From Catajapyx aquilonaris (lineage: Eukaryota), in NCBI GenBank assembly GCA_000934665.2, contig JYFJ02000340.1, positions 1-64,000 on the forward strand: a stretch of 64,000 nucleotides of DNA, in the 5' to 3' direction. The position numbers and the translations under genes were made by a program. Under the pieces are notes generated by a model, which was not told the DNA's origin, made no database searches, and worked only from the letters and a program-made list of their open reading frames with translations. How positions within the stretch are numbered: the stretch's first letter is position 1; every line of letters begins with the position of its first letter. Below, one piece after another: positions 13,023 through 26,040 of this stretch.

Positions 13023-13601
13023 TATAAGTATAGTATAGTAGCATGCACTGGCCTGGGCGAGGGACGTGCCATTAGCAGTTACTTGCTGCTAGAAAATAGC
13101 GTTTAGGCCCGCACACGTCTGAGGTTTCGCCGTCTGGCCGCCAGGGTTTTTTTTTGCCACTAGGCGTCGCGTCGCCACTCGCTGAGCGAGAGACTATTAT
13201 TTTACGAAACTGACCTCTCGCCCTGGGGTTACTGTTCGTATCTCGGATGAAAAAAACACGGACTGCACCGTCGGAAATATTATTTTTGGGACGATTTTTA
13301 GAGACCAACTTGTCTCAATAGTGGACTGTCCCTTTACGTCATAGAGCTCATTAATAATAATTCAGTAAAGGAGACAAACTGAAATCATTAACCTTTGACT
13401 ATGACTAGTATGGCTATGTTGCGTTATAGCAGTAATCATGTTGTAGTGGTATACCGTATTATCCATGCTATGTCACGCGATAATTAGTTTTATATTAGGC
13501 ATACTTTCCTATACTGCAGGTAATAAAATAAACGCGAGCAAAATGCGATTTCAAAAACATCTAGCAATATTTTGTGAATTTTAAAAATTAGAAGACAATA
13601 T

Positions 13602-13812
13602 ACGAATTGTGAGTGCTTCGCGTAGCCCACTATTTCCCCCAGTCCGAGCTAAGTGATGCCTTCTCCGCACCGCTGGGGCTTCTGACTGCATCGTTAAAGG
13701 CCGCTTCACGAATTCGGCGGATGGATGAGCGGTCAGAGGGCAGCCATCTTCCCTCCTCCAACCGCTGGCTACCCGTCCGCGCAAGTCCAACTAGATGCGG
13801 ACTCGAGCGGTT
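13602..13812 (+). repeat. GC-rich interspersed repeat, copy 2
   Basis: Direct-orientation match to 12008-12207 (ACGAATTGTGAGTGCTTCGCGTAG ... CCAACCGCTGGCTACCCGTCCGCGCAAGTCCAAC). Confidence 0.8.
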
Positions 13813-15435
13813 CGGATTCCGAATATCTTCGTAGAATATACACTATACAACATGTTAAAAAAGAGTAGCTTCATTGCATGGCTTTTCCTACAAACACCAA
13901 CAAAATCGGATAATTTATAACACAAACAGCTAGTTACATTGATAATTCCGCAATTGCTTTCACCATGTTGTATTTTCGAACCCCTGATGCAATTGTAACG
14001 CTGAGCCGGGTGATTATACACCTCCCAAATCCCATTTGCAACGATGTTCACAGAGTACCTCGATAAAATGTTATATCCACGTTCTGCAGGCTAAAAACAT
14101 AGGGTTTAAAATGTTTTGATGGTGAGATTCTGAGTACAAAACCCTGTCAGAAAAATATTTCTAACGCCTCGTAATATACTTATTTTCCTAAATACCATGG
14201 CACCCTAGAGCTTATCACCTATTTATAAAAGTGGGACTTGGCTATACATTTAGTTTTCGACCAAAATAAAATGCTATGTATGGGTGAGACAAGCACAATG
14301 AACCCTCTCATGAATTATTCTGGCCCAGAATCGCTACAATATTTCTGGAAAATATCAACAAAAAACCTGGCGAGAAAAAAATAATGCTCCACACAGAAAT
14401 TATACCTTTTATTCGATACGGCCTAGAGTAACACTTAGCTGCATACCGTATATCCTGAAATTGAACTGAACCAAATGACTTTGGGAAGTTTTGCGCCGCA
14501 TTGTGATGAGGCCCGGCACAGAAATAATGCTAGACTGGCAGCCTTTGTAATTGTGCCACAAAGTCTGGCAAGGACTGTACTTTTGAGCATGATTAGAATT
14601 ACTTGAATCCGGAAAAGAGACCAGAGGAGAGAGAGAGAGAGAGGAATTCCTTTGCTTGGCTCCCCTGATATGAAACCAGCTTGTCAGCAGCGAGCTCAAA
14701 AAGTGACATGGGAAGCGAAAGCTGCCTGGATTCTCCTCTCCATTTTGATCCCTTCTGGGTGTAAATCAAAAGTCAGTTTCACCTCCGCTCCATTTATTCC
14801 CGAGCCTTGTTCTCCATCTTCCTTGACTAACGCGACAAATAACAATAAACTCCGTCTTCGAAACCTACTCCATCATGTATCAACTCTTATTTTTGCAATG
14901 GCGTGCTGGACGCGTATAAGTCCACGCAACATATTCAAACGTGCCACTATTGCAGCAGAGATGAAGCGATTCTAGCCTGATATTTACTGCGGCATGCCGA
15001 CTGTCCCTCCCTCTACTTTATAATTCATGAGCACTCCCAGTCAACAATTTGGCAAGCATGTACTTCAGGTTACATATGCCGTTTTATGCCTAGCTAGTAG
15101 CCATGCACTTTAGAAATGTTTACTTGAAAGTACTGAAATGATGGTGCACTAGGCACCAACTTGCCAAAATTAGGCAAAAAATTAGGCAAAAGTGCGAAAG
15201 TGGAGGAGAGAGAGACCCGCACCAGGTAGCAGGATCGAATCGACATCCGACGGTGAAGTGCAGAAGTAAGCGAGTCGCCACCCAGGAGGTGGCGCCCGGA
15301 ACGGCGGAAATGGAACTCCGTGGAACGGCCGCGGTCGCCTCTTTTGCGTTTTGTGAGTTATACAACCTCCCTCGGCACCGGTTTCTAAAAACAAAAGTGG
15401 TTTGCTAATATAGAAAACACGGGCAGTGTTTGGAC

Positions 15436-15819
15436 CAGCCCCCGGACACTTATACTACCAAGAGCTGATACTACGTACATTCTGATGTTATCACCTGCCG
15501 AGGCATTTTGCAGGGGGTGCTCACCTGAGAGCGCCATGAGACATTTCACTCTCCGGATAAGCGGCGACCCTACCGGACTACGCTGAACTTTATAGGTACA
15601 AAAGGGAAGCTCTACATTGGGGGACATGGGCGCCGGCGGTCATTTTGGGCCCGCACGTAGCGCTACCCTTTTGTACCTATAAAGTTCAGCCTAGTCCGGT
15701 AGGGTCGCCACTTATCCGGAGAGTGAAATGTCTCATGGCGCTCTCAAGTGAGCACCTTCTGCTAAACGCCCCGGCAGGGGGGAGGTGGGAGTGTCCAGAC
15801 CTTACTTTCTATGACCATG
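15436..15819 (+). mobile_element. Palindromic non-autonomous DNA element with 8-bp TSD, copy 2
   Basis: Same ends as copy 1 (CAGCCCCCGGACACT ... TTCTATGACCATG). TSD GTTTGGAC at 15428-15435 and 15820-15827. Confidence 0.9.
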
Positions 15820-16073
15820 GTTTGGACATAAATCGAGGCATACTGCTAGCGACATTTTCGGAAGCGGCAGAGGAAGGAATCTTGCTCGCCCGGCTTGCAG
15901 TATCCTTATATTCGATTCCTTCTTCTTCCGATTCGGAAAATGTCGCTAGCCACCAGTGCCTCGAATGCCTCGATTAATGTCCAACACTGTACGGTGCGGG
16001 AGGAGTTATGGAAACAATCGGCTTTTAATAATATAGATTCAGCCAATTCAAACTGTGATACTCCTGCATCTCA

Positions 16074-16154
16074 TCTAGATGGCATTAGTGAGGAGTTGGC
16101 AGTTTTGCCTAGAGATGGCGGGAGTCCGGTGGGGGGTGTAGGGTGAACCTGGGG
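16074..16154 (-). repeat. Diverged interspersed repeat (family also at 22537-22670 and 33729-33840), interrupted by the 90-bp element
   Basis: TCTAGATGGCATTAGTGAGGAGTTGGCAGTTTTGCCTAGAGATGG aligns by eye with TCTAGATGAAGTTAGTGAGGTGTTGACAGTTTCGCCGAGAGATGG at 33729. Confidence 0.7.
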
Positions 16155-16244
16155 CATGGTCTTAGAATACTAAGGTCTGGACATTCCCTCTTATCGCCTG
16201 CCGGGGCGATAAGGTAAGATTGTAGGGGAAGTGTCCGGGGGCTG
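16155..16244 (-). mobile_element. 90-bp miniature member of the 8-bp-TSD palindromic family
   Basis: The reverse complement starts CAGCCCCCGGACACT and ends CCAGACCTTAGTATTCTAAGACCATG. TSD ACCTGGGG at 16147-16154 and 16245-16252. The internal palindrome is reduced to TTATCGCC-n5-GGCGATAA-like. Confidence 0.88.
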
Positions 16245-19200
16245 ACCTGGGGTGAGTTGAGTCAACCAAAATATTTTCCGCTTTTTAAAGTAAAGTGAAA
16301 TTTTGGCTGAAATACCACTAAACCATTTTTGCTTTTTTTCTGTCAGTGTGCACAGCATTCTGCAAAGAATTTAAACACAGCTGAAATAGATTCCCAGAGG
16401 AAAAAATGTATTTGATGCACAAAAGCCTGGCTGTTGGAAAGGATTACAGCAGGTTAGCATAGGAAAAAGGATGCCGATCCCAATGGAGTGGAGTCTTGAT
16501 GGCAGCTCTCGACTCGGCTGCACTCATGCGGATTGGATCAGCTCAATCTTGCGGGGGGTTCAAGGCAGTAGTTGAGCCTGCAGGTTAATTCTGCCGATTC
16601 AACTCCCGGAAAGTTTTTAGGCAAACGTCGCGATTGAAACTTTTCGTTGACCTTAGACAGTACAAACAGCTAGCACAGAGTAGCTGCAGTTCGGCTATTA
16701 CTCGCTTCCTTTCATTTGAGCGCATGCTAAGTGTACTGTGCCATCATGATGGAAGACACTCGATGCCTGATTTCCTAGGCTTTTATGTCGCCTGGAATGC
16801 AGGCGGAAAATACCTCGGGGCGAGGTGTAAACCTCGACTCTGATTACCATGCAGCAGGGAGACTTCTCAGCTGCTCGTATTTTCAAACCTGTATTCACCC
16901 GTCGACTGCAATTAGCACAAAAATACCAGGCAGTCGGGTCTCATAAAGTTTCAGGCTATGAATCGCTTTCATGAATATATTCTCAAATTTGCATTCTGTT
17001 CAGGCAATATATCGTAGTTAACAAAAATAATTATGTAGTTCCGGCCAACTGCATGTTACATACCGTACTGCGTGAATTTTAAAAATGGTACTGGAAAGTG
17101 TATAGCCTACTACTTGTATATTATGTCAACACTTCAGTTAACTTTCATTCTGTTCTAGTATATGGACGATTGTATTACGGGCGTCAGAACACCACTGGCC
17201 AACATTTTTTTACGTACAGTACGTATCAATGTAAAATATTATTTTGATATTTTCTGATCACGTATTAGCTTTGTAATGCTTCACAGCCGCTCACAGCTAT
17301 ATGCCCATAGCATTGATCGATAGCAAAGTGAATAAAAGTTCAAACTATAATACAATTCTGTTGCAAATAAGGTAAGTATAGGAATGGTGCTTTTGTGTGC
17401 TGTGAGGATTGTAAGCAAATAAAGCACACTGTACTGTACTCCCAATCATTACGCAGCAGGATTTTCACAGTGAATCTAGAATATTATGCTATGGTGATCA
17501 TAGACAGTGCACAAAGAATACGGACGTATGAACTGCTCACGTTAGCAGAGTAACAGCTGGAGCTGGTGGTTAATCTATCCATTAATAGATAGTTAGTATC
17601 TGACATGACTTTGCCTTTTATCTCGCTCATTTACAAACACAGCAGCTAAATATTATGTTTCTCGTGTGTCATAAACTTACATCATCACTATGTAGATAAA
17701 ATATGCATTTGTTACTACATAACGTATTCCCTTTTCAGAATAAATTGATTCCGAACATGAATGAAGGCTGCACTAATCCCATTGTCCTGTAGAAAGCACA
17801 TCTCCCAGGGTACGCTATTTTGCAATGCACTGAAAGCTTCATGATCAAGGATGGTTTATGCAAACATTTGTGAAAACCCTCGTCAAATGTTACATCAGTG
17901 GATATAACCAGTGCTGCAAAGGATGATTATATGAATGATTAATTCAATCAGATCATGAGTACACCAATATTTTATGTCTGCTACAAGGTCAATGAAAGGC
18001 ATGCAATACTGTTTTACAGTGTATCTGAGGTTAAATATATTAAATAGTAAGCTTATACAGAGTGAGTCAGGACTACATGATAATTTTGCGCTTGACAATT
18101 TAGGCTTGTAATGTACCTTTGGGAATTAATGGCTATTTATAGTCCCATAATTCAAACTTTAATTGGCAACTTACTGTATATGTTATCAGATGTTATATAT
18201 ACAACAAAATATGAGTAAAATGATAATTATCGAATATCGCGTAACTTATAATAAGTTGCATGTATTAACATACAGTATCAACTCCTTTGCAAACAGGATA
18301 AGATACCCCCCTATTTTCTACTACTGTACACGTAATGAAGCCCTAGGTTGTTATCGGTAAAAAATTGAGCATTCGAAACGACTTTCGCATGCGGCACACT
18401 CTTTAACAACCAGCAAGTGAACCAATTGACAAAGGACAAACCCAAAATAAAAACCGATCGAGGTCCCCACTTTTTGAGAAGCGTCTTTTCCCAGACTTCG
18501 TTCCAACTAATAACGTTTTCTCCGTTCGGGAAGCTTCTCTCAGCGAGCAAAGGACATGACGTAGAAGCTGTCAGGGTGCGCTTTGGGAACAGGCGGATTT
18601 GATGGGATCAAGGCTATTTTCTCCTCTATAAAGATCATTATTTTCATCCAAACTCCAACCTTCTGGGAGAGAACCGTATATCATCGGAGAACGAAACATT
18701 GCCTTGGGTGAGTTTTTTTCCACCTCTGCCTAGAATTCATATAAACAGGGCATACTGGAAACACACTAGTCCTATAGCCATCACATCAGGAACCGCAAAC
18801 AACATTTTTGTAATTTTAGAAAAATATTTGTCAACAAATATTATTGTCTATACAAATATTGTGCAACCAGTGTGCACCATTGCTGTCGAAACAATGCTTC
18901 ATTACAAATATCAATTAAACTTATGCCATTCTTACTTAGCCTTTGCAGATGAATAGTGACTGATTGTATTTAAGTTTTAAAGCTGCTGGACTTGACGGCC
19001 ACCATGAATTAGCATAAAATGGATCTTTCTGAGCATTATGGCTGAATTTTCCACTGACAAAATGAGGGGGGTTGAAATATGCACAAGTAATCATGAGCAG
19101 CGTAGGAATAGAGAAGGTGGAGGGAAAATTAATTGTCGGACTGACGTAGAGGGTAGGAGTGCAGCAGAGAGAGGAAGTGAAATCAATATCATTTTCTGGA

Positions 19201-21574
19201 GTGATCGGCGTGCTAGAGTGGGTAGGTGGATGGGTGGGGTGGGTGCCCCCCCAAAAGCGAGGCCCAAAAAACCCGAGAAGAGGTAGAAAAAGAGCTCTGG
19301 CTGGCATTATTTGGGCCCAGGCCGGAAAGGGTCATAGGTGAGCGCGCACAACAGATCTGGAGAAAAGCCTGAATGATGTCCACTTTTCAAGAACGTTTTT
19401 CGGTGCCACTTGCTGACATTTTGTCAAAGTGAAAATTTTGTTTTGACAAACAAGGCAAGAGTGGGTAATCTGTACGTTTGATAACTCGACGGCATCTGGC
19501 AATAAATACATTTCACGTGCGCAGCATGATTCACTCTTATCTGGGAGTCCTTATGCTTCATTCCTTGTAAATGTTTGAAGCCAACGACCAGCAGGATGGC
19601 ATCAGTGAACTCGGGTGTATGGGAGCAGACTGACCATCTAGAGTAGTACAGTTGAGTGATATTCCCGCCTACAGGTAATACGGCAATAGCGAAATGAAAA
19701 GCAGCATACACACCCTTGCGCCTTGGGGGTTTATATTGTATCATATACTGTATAATTATGATAATATATTCTGATTTCTGGATAATAATTTATGCCTCCT
19801 GTGGCGGTGTAGAATATATAAAGCCTCTATTGCAATATTAACTAACTTGCCAATGTACAAGAGCTGTTCGTGGAGGTTTACATAATCCTATATACTATAA
19901 AATGATTGAATATAGCAATTAACTAATTACGCATATGAAACACGGTATTTACTCACGGCCCTTCTCACTTTCCACCTGGCTTACATCCGAAATTGATATC
20001 GCTTGAACAATACGATACTCTCAATAAAAATTATGTATGTTGTTGTAGCCGTTTAAAAAATTCACTAATATGGTGAGGAGTCACGCACGCTAAAATATGA
20101 ATGCAAGAATCCCTCGACAGGAATCAATAATGAAAAATAGCGGCAAGGAACATATACATATCATGGTCAGTTTGGAAGCATGAATGCCAGCGCACCAGGG
20201 GCACATTTATGCCTAATTTTAATCGGTACGGATTGCTCACAAGAGGCAAACTAAAACCATATGTCCCGGGCAAAGCAATGGGAAGTTGAGCTGTATGATT
20301 CCATCTGAAATGCAGGGAGTGTGGGGTTGACGAGAGGGATGGAGAGAGGGGTGGATCCCGCATACCATTTGCAAATGGAACTGGCAGCCAGGCTTGTGCC
20401 CTGGACGCCACATTGGGACCCTCCCTTGTTACCATATTCCGCGGCTACTCGCGCCATATTTCCACTTAGCCTATAGACAGTTTGAAACAGTAGGCCCTCC
20501 CTTCTGGCCCACATCTGAGCCGCATGCCAATCAATAGAGCCCTTACCTCCCAATGGGACGAAGGCCCTCGTCTCACTACTCTACTTCTCAACTCCGACCC
20601 AGAGACTTCCTTCCTTCCTCCCTTCCTATTTGCCCTTCTTCTAAGGCTCCACTCAAAATTTTGACATCACAAGATGTCAAATCCGTTCCAACAGCGTGAT
20701 AATTCACTTTCTTCGGCCTTTCGAGTTTAGCCTTAATGTGAGATGAAATGCATCAGTCAAAAGCTCTTATCATTCCGCATGTGTAACGAAATGTGCGTCA
20801 AATCTTTCGGTTATTTATTATTAAAATGAAACGAGCGGACCTGTAATTACCACATTGACGAAATATCAAAACCACGTCTACTTTTACATTGCAAACTCTG
20901 TAATTGACATTTCCATCAAAAGTGCATGATTAAAATGGGCGCTTTCATATCCGGGTAAACCGTCAGCTCTTTGCTGTAATCCAATCAAACATCAGGCCAC
21001 AATCTTCAGCAACCATCTTGCAGGCCCTTTGGCAACACTTGTCCCGAGCAAGTGCTTAATAATGCAGCCGGAAATGTTCTCCCTGGAATCGCGAGTCCAA
21101 CTTGGCAAAATGTGGATTAGCACTGGACGTTGTCCAATACCTTGTTTCCAGACTGTCATTAGTGGGAAACGGATGCGGGATGTTGGCTATAGGCTGTTTA
21201 AAAATGACAGTTGGTTGTGGACACCAGCTGCGTACAAGTTCAAAACAAACAGCGTGAGTAGTAGCCTACAGTTGGTATCTGATTCAATGAAACATGAAGG
21301 CGAGCGAGTGCATAATATAGAGTAGAGAGTAGAGCTCTCAGTGAAACAAGGTTCCTCCACCTCACAAAAACAAAACAGTTTCCCTGCTTCACTTGCCAGG
21401 AAATGACCCCTTCTAGTCCACGGCCAAGTTTTGCAAACTATGCTTACGCCTGTCTTCATGATTTCTACTTTGTGGAAATTAAAGCGGAAAAACAAGTCCC
21501 TTTGCACATATAAGTTACCCAGATTGTGAACAAGTTACTATTGGATCGAAAAAATAATACATACCGACATTATA

Positions 21575-21903
21575 CAGGGGGTTTCAACTTTTTGTCCGAA
21601 CAGTTATCGGAAAATTGTACGTAGCTGCTACTTTGTAAGCAGTGACTTGCAACCGGTAATTTGTCGGAGGAATTGGGAATGGGGAAAAATAGGGTCACAC
21701 ATCCCATGACATGTGTGACCATCTTTTTTCCTGGCTTGACAGTCAATATTCAGCGGGCAGCACGTATGCCACTTCAACCTACGATTCGCAGAGAATATTC
21801 CCCGTTCCTCCGAAATATCACTGTTTGCAAGTCACTGCTTACAAAGTAGCAGCTACGTGCAATTTTACGATAACTATTCGGACAACAAAGTTGAAACACC
21901 CTG
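21575..21903. mobile_element. Tc1/mariner-type MITE with TIRs of about 95 nt
   Basis: TA|CAGGGGGTTTCAACTTT...GTAGCTGCTACTTTGTAAGCAGTGACTTGCAA and its reverse complement ending GTTGAAACACCCTG. The right flank is TG. Confidence 0.85.
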
Positions 21904-22536
21904 TGTACGTTACTCGACTGAAATGGCAGGGGCTGTATAATGCGACAGGTTTGCATATACTGATGGCTGAACTGGGGCATCAGATGAAAAGATTCTGAAT
22001 CAATCGATTGTTGCCATCCTGACTACCTGCCTGCTTCACTACTAAAAGGCGGCAAGCCCTTGGTGATTAACCCCGATTATGATTGGGGCTTCATCTGGAT
22101 TAATAAATTTGGATGGAGAGTAGCAGAGGGAGGGATGGGGGGTAGGGATGTAGGGAGTTGGGTGGCATTAATTGGGCTCCGAATCTTGGTCATCCATCAA
22201 ATTCAAGTGGCTAACGTAGCGGCCCAGTGTGAACCGGAGCCTAATATTACCTCATCAAAGTGCACACGATAACGACCAATTAGCCTTCTGAACTTGGCTT
22301 TTAATCTCCAGGCTTGGTGTAATATTACTTAATGGTGAAATATGATGTAGCCTTGCCGCCTATACCTTCCACATTTACCACCTTATTCGAGTGATCGAGA
22401 GTATGGACTGCATTTCCTGATGTTGCCAATATCACCTAAGTATTTACTGGTCTTCCTAAAACATCTCTCCAGACTCCCTAGGTGTCACTCAGGGTCATAG
22501 TCGCGGTCGTTATTGGCAACAACCGGTTTATTAGAC

Positions 22537-22670
22537 TAGCCTCGTCTCCGGCTGTCTCACAACTGGTTACAAACCTGCACGCCTGACGCCTTCCCCAAGT
22601 CCACACCTGACACCCCCGCATTCACGTCATCTAACGGCAAAACTCACAACTCGCCTAAACTCCATCTAGT
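22537..22670 (+). repeat. Diverged interspersed repeat, probable DNA-transposon end
   Basis: TAGCCTCGTCTCCGGCTGTCTCAC matches the reverse complement of 33817-33840. The distal CATCTA motifs are also shared. Confidence 0.6.
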
Positions 22671-25131
22671 GCATGGTGGGAAACCTATTAAAATAATAAA
22701 TACTGATAAATGCAGTCTGGTACCACGTTAACAATATTACGTGACTTATCTGCATCGGATCTGTTTCTTATAGCTACTATATGCGATGTACTGTATGATA
22801 TAAGATTTACAAAATCATGAATGCTTGCGATCCTTCCAGATAATTATATCCGTGCTTAGAGGCACTAAGAATGACAGCACTATTTGAATTACGAGCTTTA
22901 TCAAAACGCACACAAAATTTGCATCAGCTGACACAGATTGTGCAAATATACCGGTGCCGTGATATAAGAAGAAAAACCATGGCAAGCCTAATACTGATGA
23001 GATTGCAAAGATATCATATCGAGTTGGCAGTTATGAGGCCTACCCCTCCACAAGTCTAGAGCAGCTCATGTCACTAAAATAAGCCCACCTTTTCACTAAC
23101 TGGTACGGAGAAAAAGAAAACCAACTGAGCTGCGTTTCTGCAGGGCATAAACACGTCAGATTCAGTTCGTGTGGCCAGTGCTCGACTTGTCAGGCATTTC
23201 TAAAAATATGCCCTCGCAAATCAAGTTGCGCCAGCCAGCACTGTTAATTCTTCGTCTACTCTTTATGCATTGCAGAACCAGCAAGTGCAACCAATTTGTC
23301 TCCTTGCTGACATATTGCAGTCCAACCTTTTCTTGTTGTTTTTTTGTCTCAACACCCTTTGCTCTTCTGTCTCTCTCGCCTCAAGCACATTCGCGCTCTT
23401 TCTTTTTAGAGGGCAATAAACCAGAGGACAAATTAGTCCATGTGTCGTCATTTCCCCAAATGCCCACTTGCACGTTACTTCTCGCTGCGGCCCTCTGCAC
23501 GGCTTTCCTTGATCCCCTACAGTGCAGATGAAATTCGGTCACACTCCACGCAGCGGAACAAAGAACATGTTCAATTAGTCTATTACTGTGCGTGTAAGCT
23601 GAAGTTGCTGGAAAAGGTGCTGTTGGCGTTCACAAAGCCAGCTGAGCTCAGCTGGCCACGACCAGCCCGCAATTAATTCATCAAAATAATGTCGCCAGCA
23701 GGTGTATCATTTAACACCGTTTTACCCTATTAGGATAAAAAGAATATACGTCCTTAAAGTCTTGACATGTGTTTCACAGTAAAATGTCAGCAGCGTGTAT
23801 GTAAAGCAGCTTAAACTTGATTGAAAATACAGTAGTGTACCAGTGAGCAACTAATTGAATCAAGTGTTTGTTGAGGTAGATAAGACATACTAGTAGGTAT
23901 AGTGTAGTCTGCAGTGCATGGTCTAGACGAAGTGTAGGGAGTATGCAGATGAAGCAGGGGAAAGGGTGGATGGTAGGTTGCGGGTGGGTCGAGTCCTGGG
24001 AAATCGGCCAGTGGCATGGTGGGCGCGTGCGAAAGCCAGCCAAATGGGCACATCAAAGAGGTAGCAGCCACCTAGTATGCAGGCCGCTCCTTTTTGTCCC
24101 TCAGCTTCTTCCCGACTAAGGATGTGGGCGGAGACTTGGGGACCAAACCAATTTGCTCTTCTCCGGATTTGCGCCTTTTCTCTTTCAACCCCTCGGTGGA
24201 CCTACCCGCCTGCCTGCTACAGTATTCAATAGGGCCTGGAACCCAACCACTATCCGTTTTCCTCAGCCACAAGAGCCGCTATATATTCCCTATGTACTGC
24301 TATCAGGCTTCTACCGTATGCACAGAAAGGAGCAAGAGGTCGAGCATAATATGCGTGCAGCAATTTAGGATACTTGTCTTAGAGCAACAATTACAGTAGC
24401 TGAAGGAGTTAAAGACAATCTTCAAGAGAGAGAGAGAGAGAGAGCTGAAGCTGGGCTGCAGAAATGCACGTATACATTCATACATACAGCCCACATGCAT
24501 CTGGCTGAATGAGGCTGTTTGTTTGTCTCAATATATTTTTACTGTGCCTTTTCCAAGAAGCAATCACCCTAACCCATGGATCCTCCCTGAAATTTGCCTA
24601 TGGATTCTCCCAAGCGGGGAGTGTACCCCAAGCTGGCCCCGTACCCAACTTAAACGAGGTCAAGTGACGACATTAGGATTCCAGTTCTGCTAGAGTCCCG
24701 GACATTTGCCAGAGCAAAATGACTGCGCAAAATTACTAGCTCGATGCACAACTTGGTGTAACATTTCCAAGTGGGGGCATGGTACTTCATGAGACAGCTG
24801 TTGGTCCCATTATTCCTCTCGCTCCGCCATTTTGACTCGAGAAAGGTAGGGGATACACAACACTCCTCCTTTGCCCCGATCCCTATGCCTCTTGAAAGTG
24901 CCGCCCAAAACACGGAAACACTGTTTCCAGGTGCATTCGTTCAACAGCACCTGCTCTTGAACAATGACGACATGGTCTTCCGCGCATTCACAGAACTTTG
25001 GATATTAAGCTGCGAGACTTAATGCACTCCAGTTGGACTGGTCTAATCTAACTGATTTTCCTGTTGTAGCACCAGTGTGGGACTAAATACGTACGGCATT
25101 GCAACGTGGTTCGTATGCAATCATATAGTTA

Positions 25132-25772
25132 GTAAACAAATCTCATCTTGGATGAATGGGAAAACGAGTAATATTGTAGTTGCACTAAAACTGCGGAAAT
25201 ATTTTATTCATATTTGTAAAGCAGCCCATAAATTACGTGTATGCCATGGGCGCAGGGGTATGACCCGTGTTACTCCAGGGGAATCGAAATGTGTGTTTTA
25301 TTCTAACTGGAGCTCATGTTCCAACATTTATATTTAAAGATCATAAATGCATGTAAAATAAATAAAGAAACTGGACAGTGATCACACCGTCCAGTTCCTC
25401 TATTTATTTTATTATAATATTTTATAATATGCGTTTTATTCTAACTGGAGCTCCTATTCCAAAATATTTATATTTAAAAATCATAAATGCATGTAAAATA
25501 AAATGAGAAAATGGACGGTGTTATCACCGTCCAGTTTCTCTATTTTACATGCATTTATGATTTTTAAATATAAATGTTGGAATATGAGCTTCAGTTAAAA
25601 TAAAACGCATATTTCGATTCCCCTGGAGTAACACGGGTCATACCCCCTGCGCCCATGGCATACATGTAATTTATGGGCTGCTCTACAAATATGAATAAAA
25701 TATTTCCGCAGTTTTAGTGCAACTACAATTAACCTACTCGTTCGCCCATTCATCCAAGATGAGATTTGTTTA
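25132..25772. repeat. Large fold-back palindrome (arms about 250 nt) with a centrally duplicated segment
   Basis: 25132-25396 is the near-identical reverse complement of about 25510-25772. 25426-25536 is a direct copy of about 25288-25396. Confidence 0.9.
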
Positions 25773-25984
25773 CAATAATGGGTCAACCCACAAAAATGTC
25801 AAAATTGAGTTAAGCCCAGGAACATACACCCAAAGGATAGTACTTGATTCAGTTAAAATCAAGGTGGCGAAATCTGCATACTTCTGCCATAAATGACCGA
25901 AAAGCACACTGAATTAATTTCACGGGTATGACCTTCGCAGCCCTTTTCCTCAAAACTGTTCTCATGTGGGTTGACTCATTATTG
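25773..25984. mobile_element. Small MITE with 20-nt TIRs, ending 56 nt from the exon donor
   Basis: CAATAATGGGTCAACCCACA (25773-25792) and TGTGGGTTGACTCATTATTG (25965-25984), one mismatch. Flanks are TA and CA. Confidence 0.7.
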
Positions 25985-26040
25985 CATAACACCGTCCAAC
26001 TAGGGTGTCGTAATGTCAGATGGGAACCATAGTGACCTAC

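Larger units (their letters stand above)
11808..13328. mobile_element. Older TIR element (CAGTCCACT ends) containing nested insertions
   Basis: 11808-11894 (CAGTCCACTATTGAGACAAGTT...ATAATATTTCCGACGGTGCAGTCCGT) is the imperfect reverse complement of 13243-13328. Flanks are TG and TC, so no clean TSD. Confidence 0.65.
1013..26040 (-). other. 25,028-nt phase-2 GT-AG intron of the Sidestep-family gene
   Basis: Bounded by the donor and acceptor above; the frame is continuous as KPLYS-LDVRGK. Confidence 0.85.
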
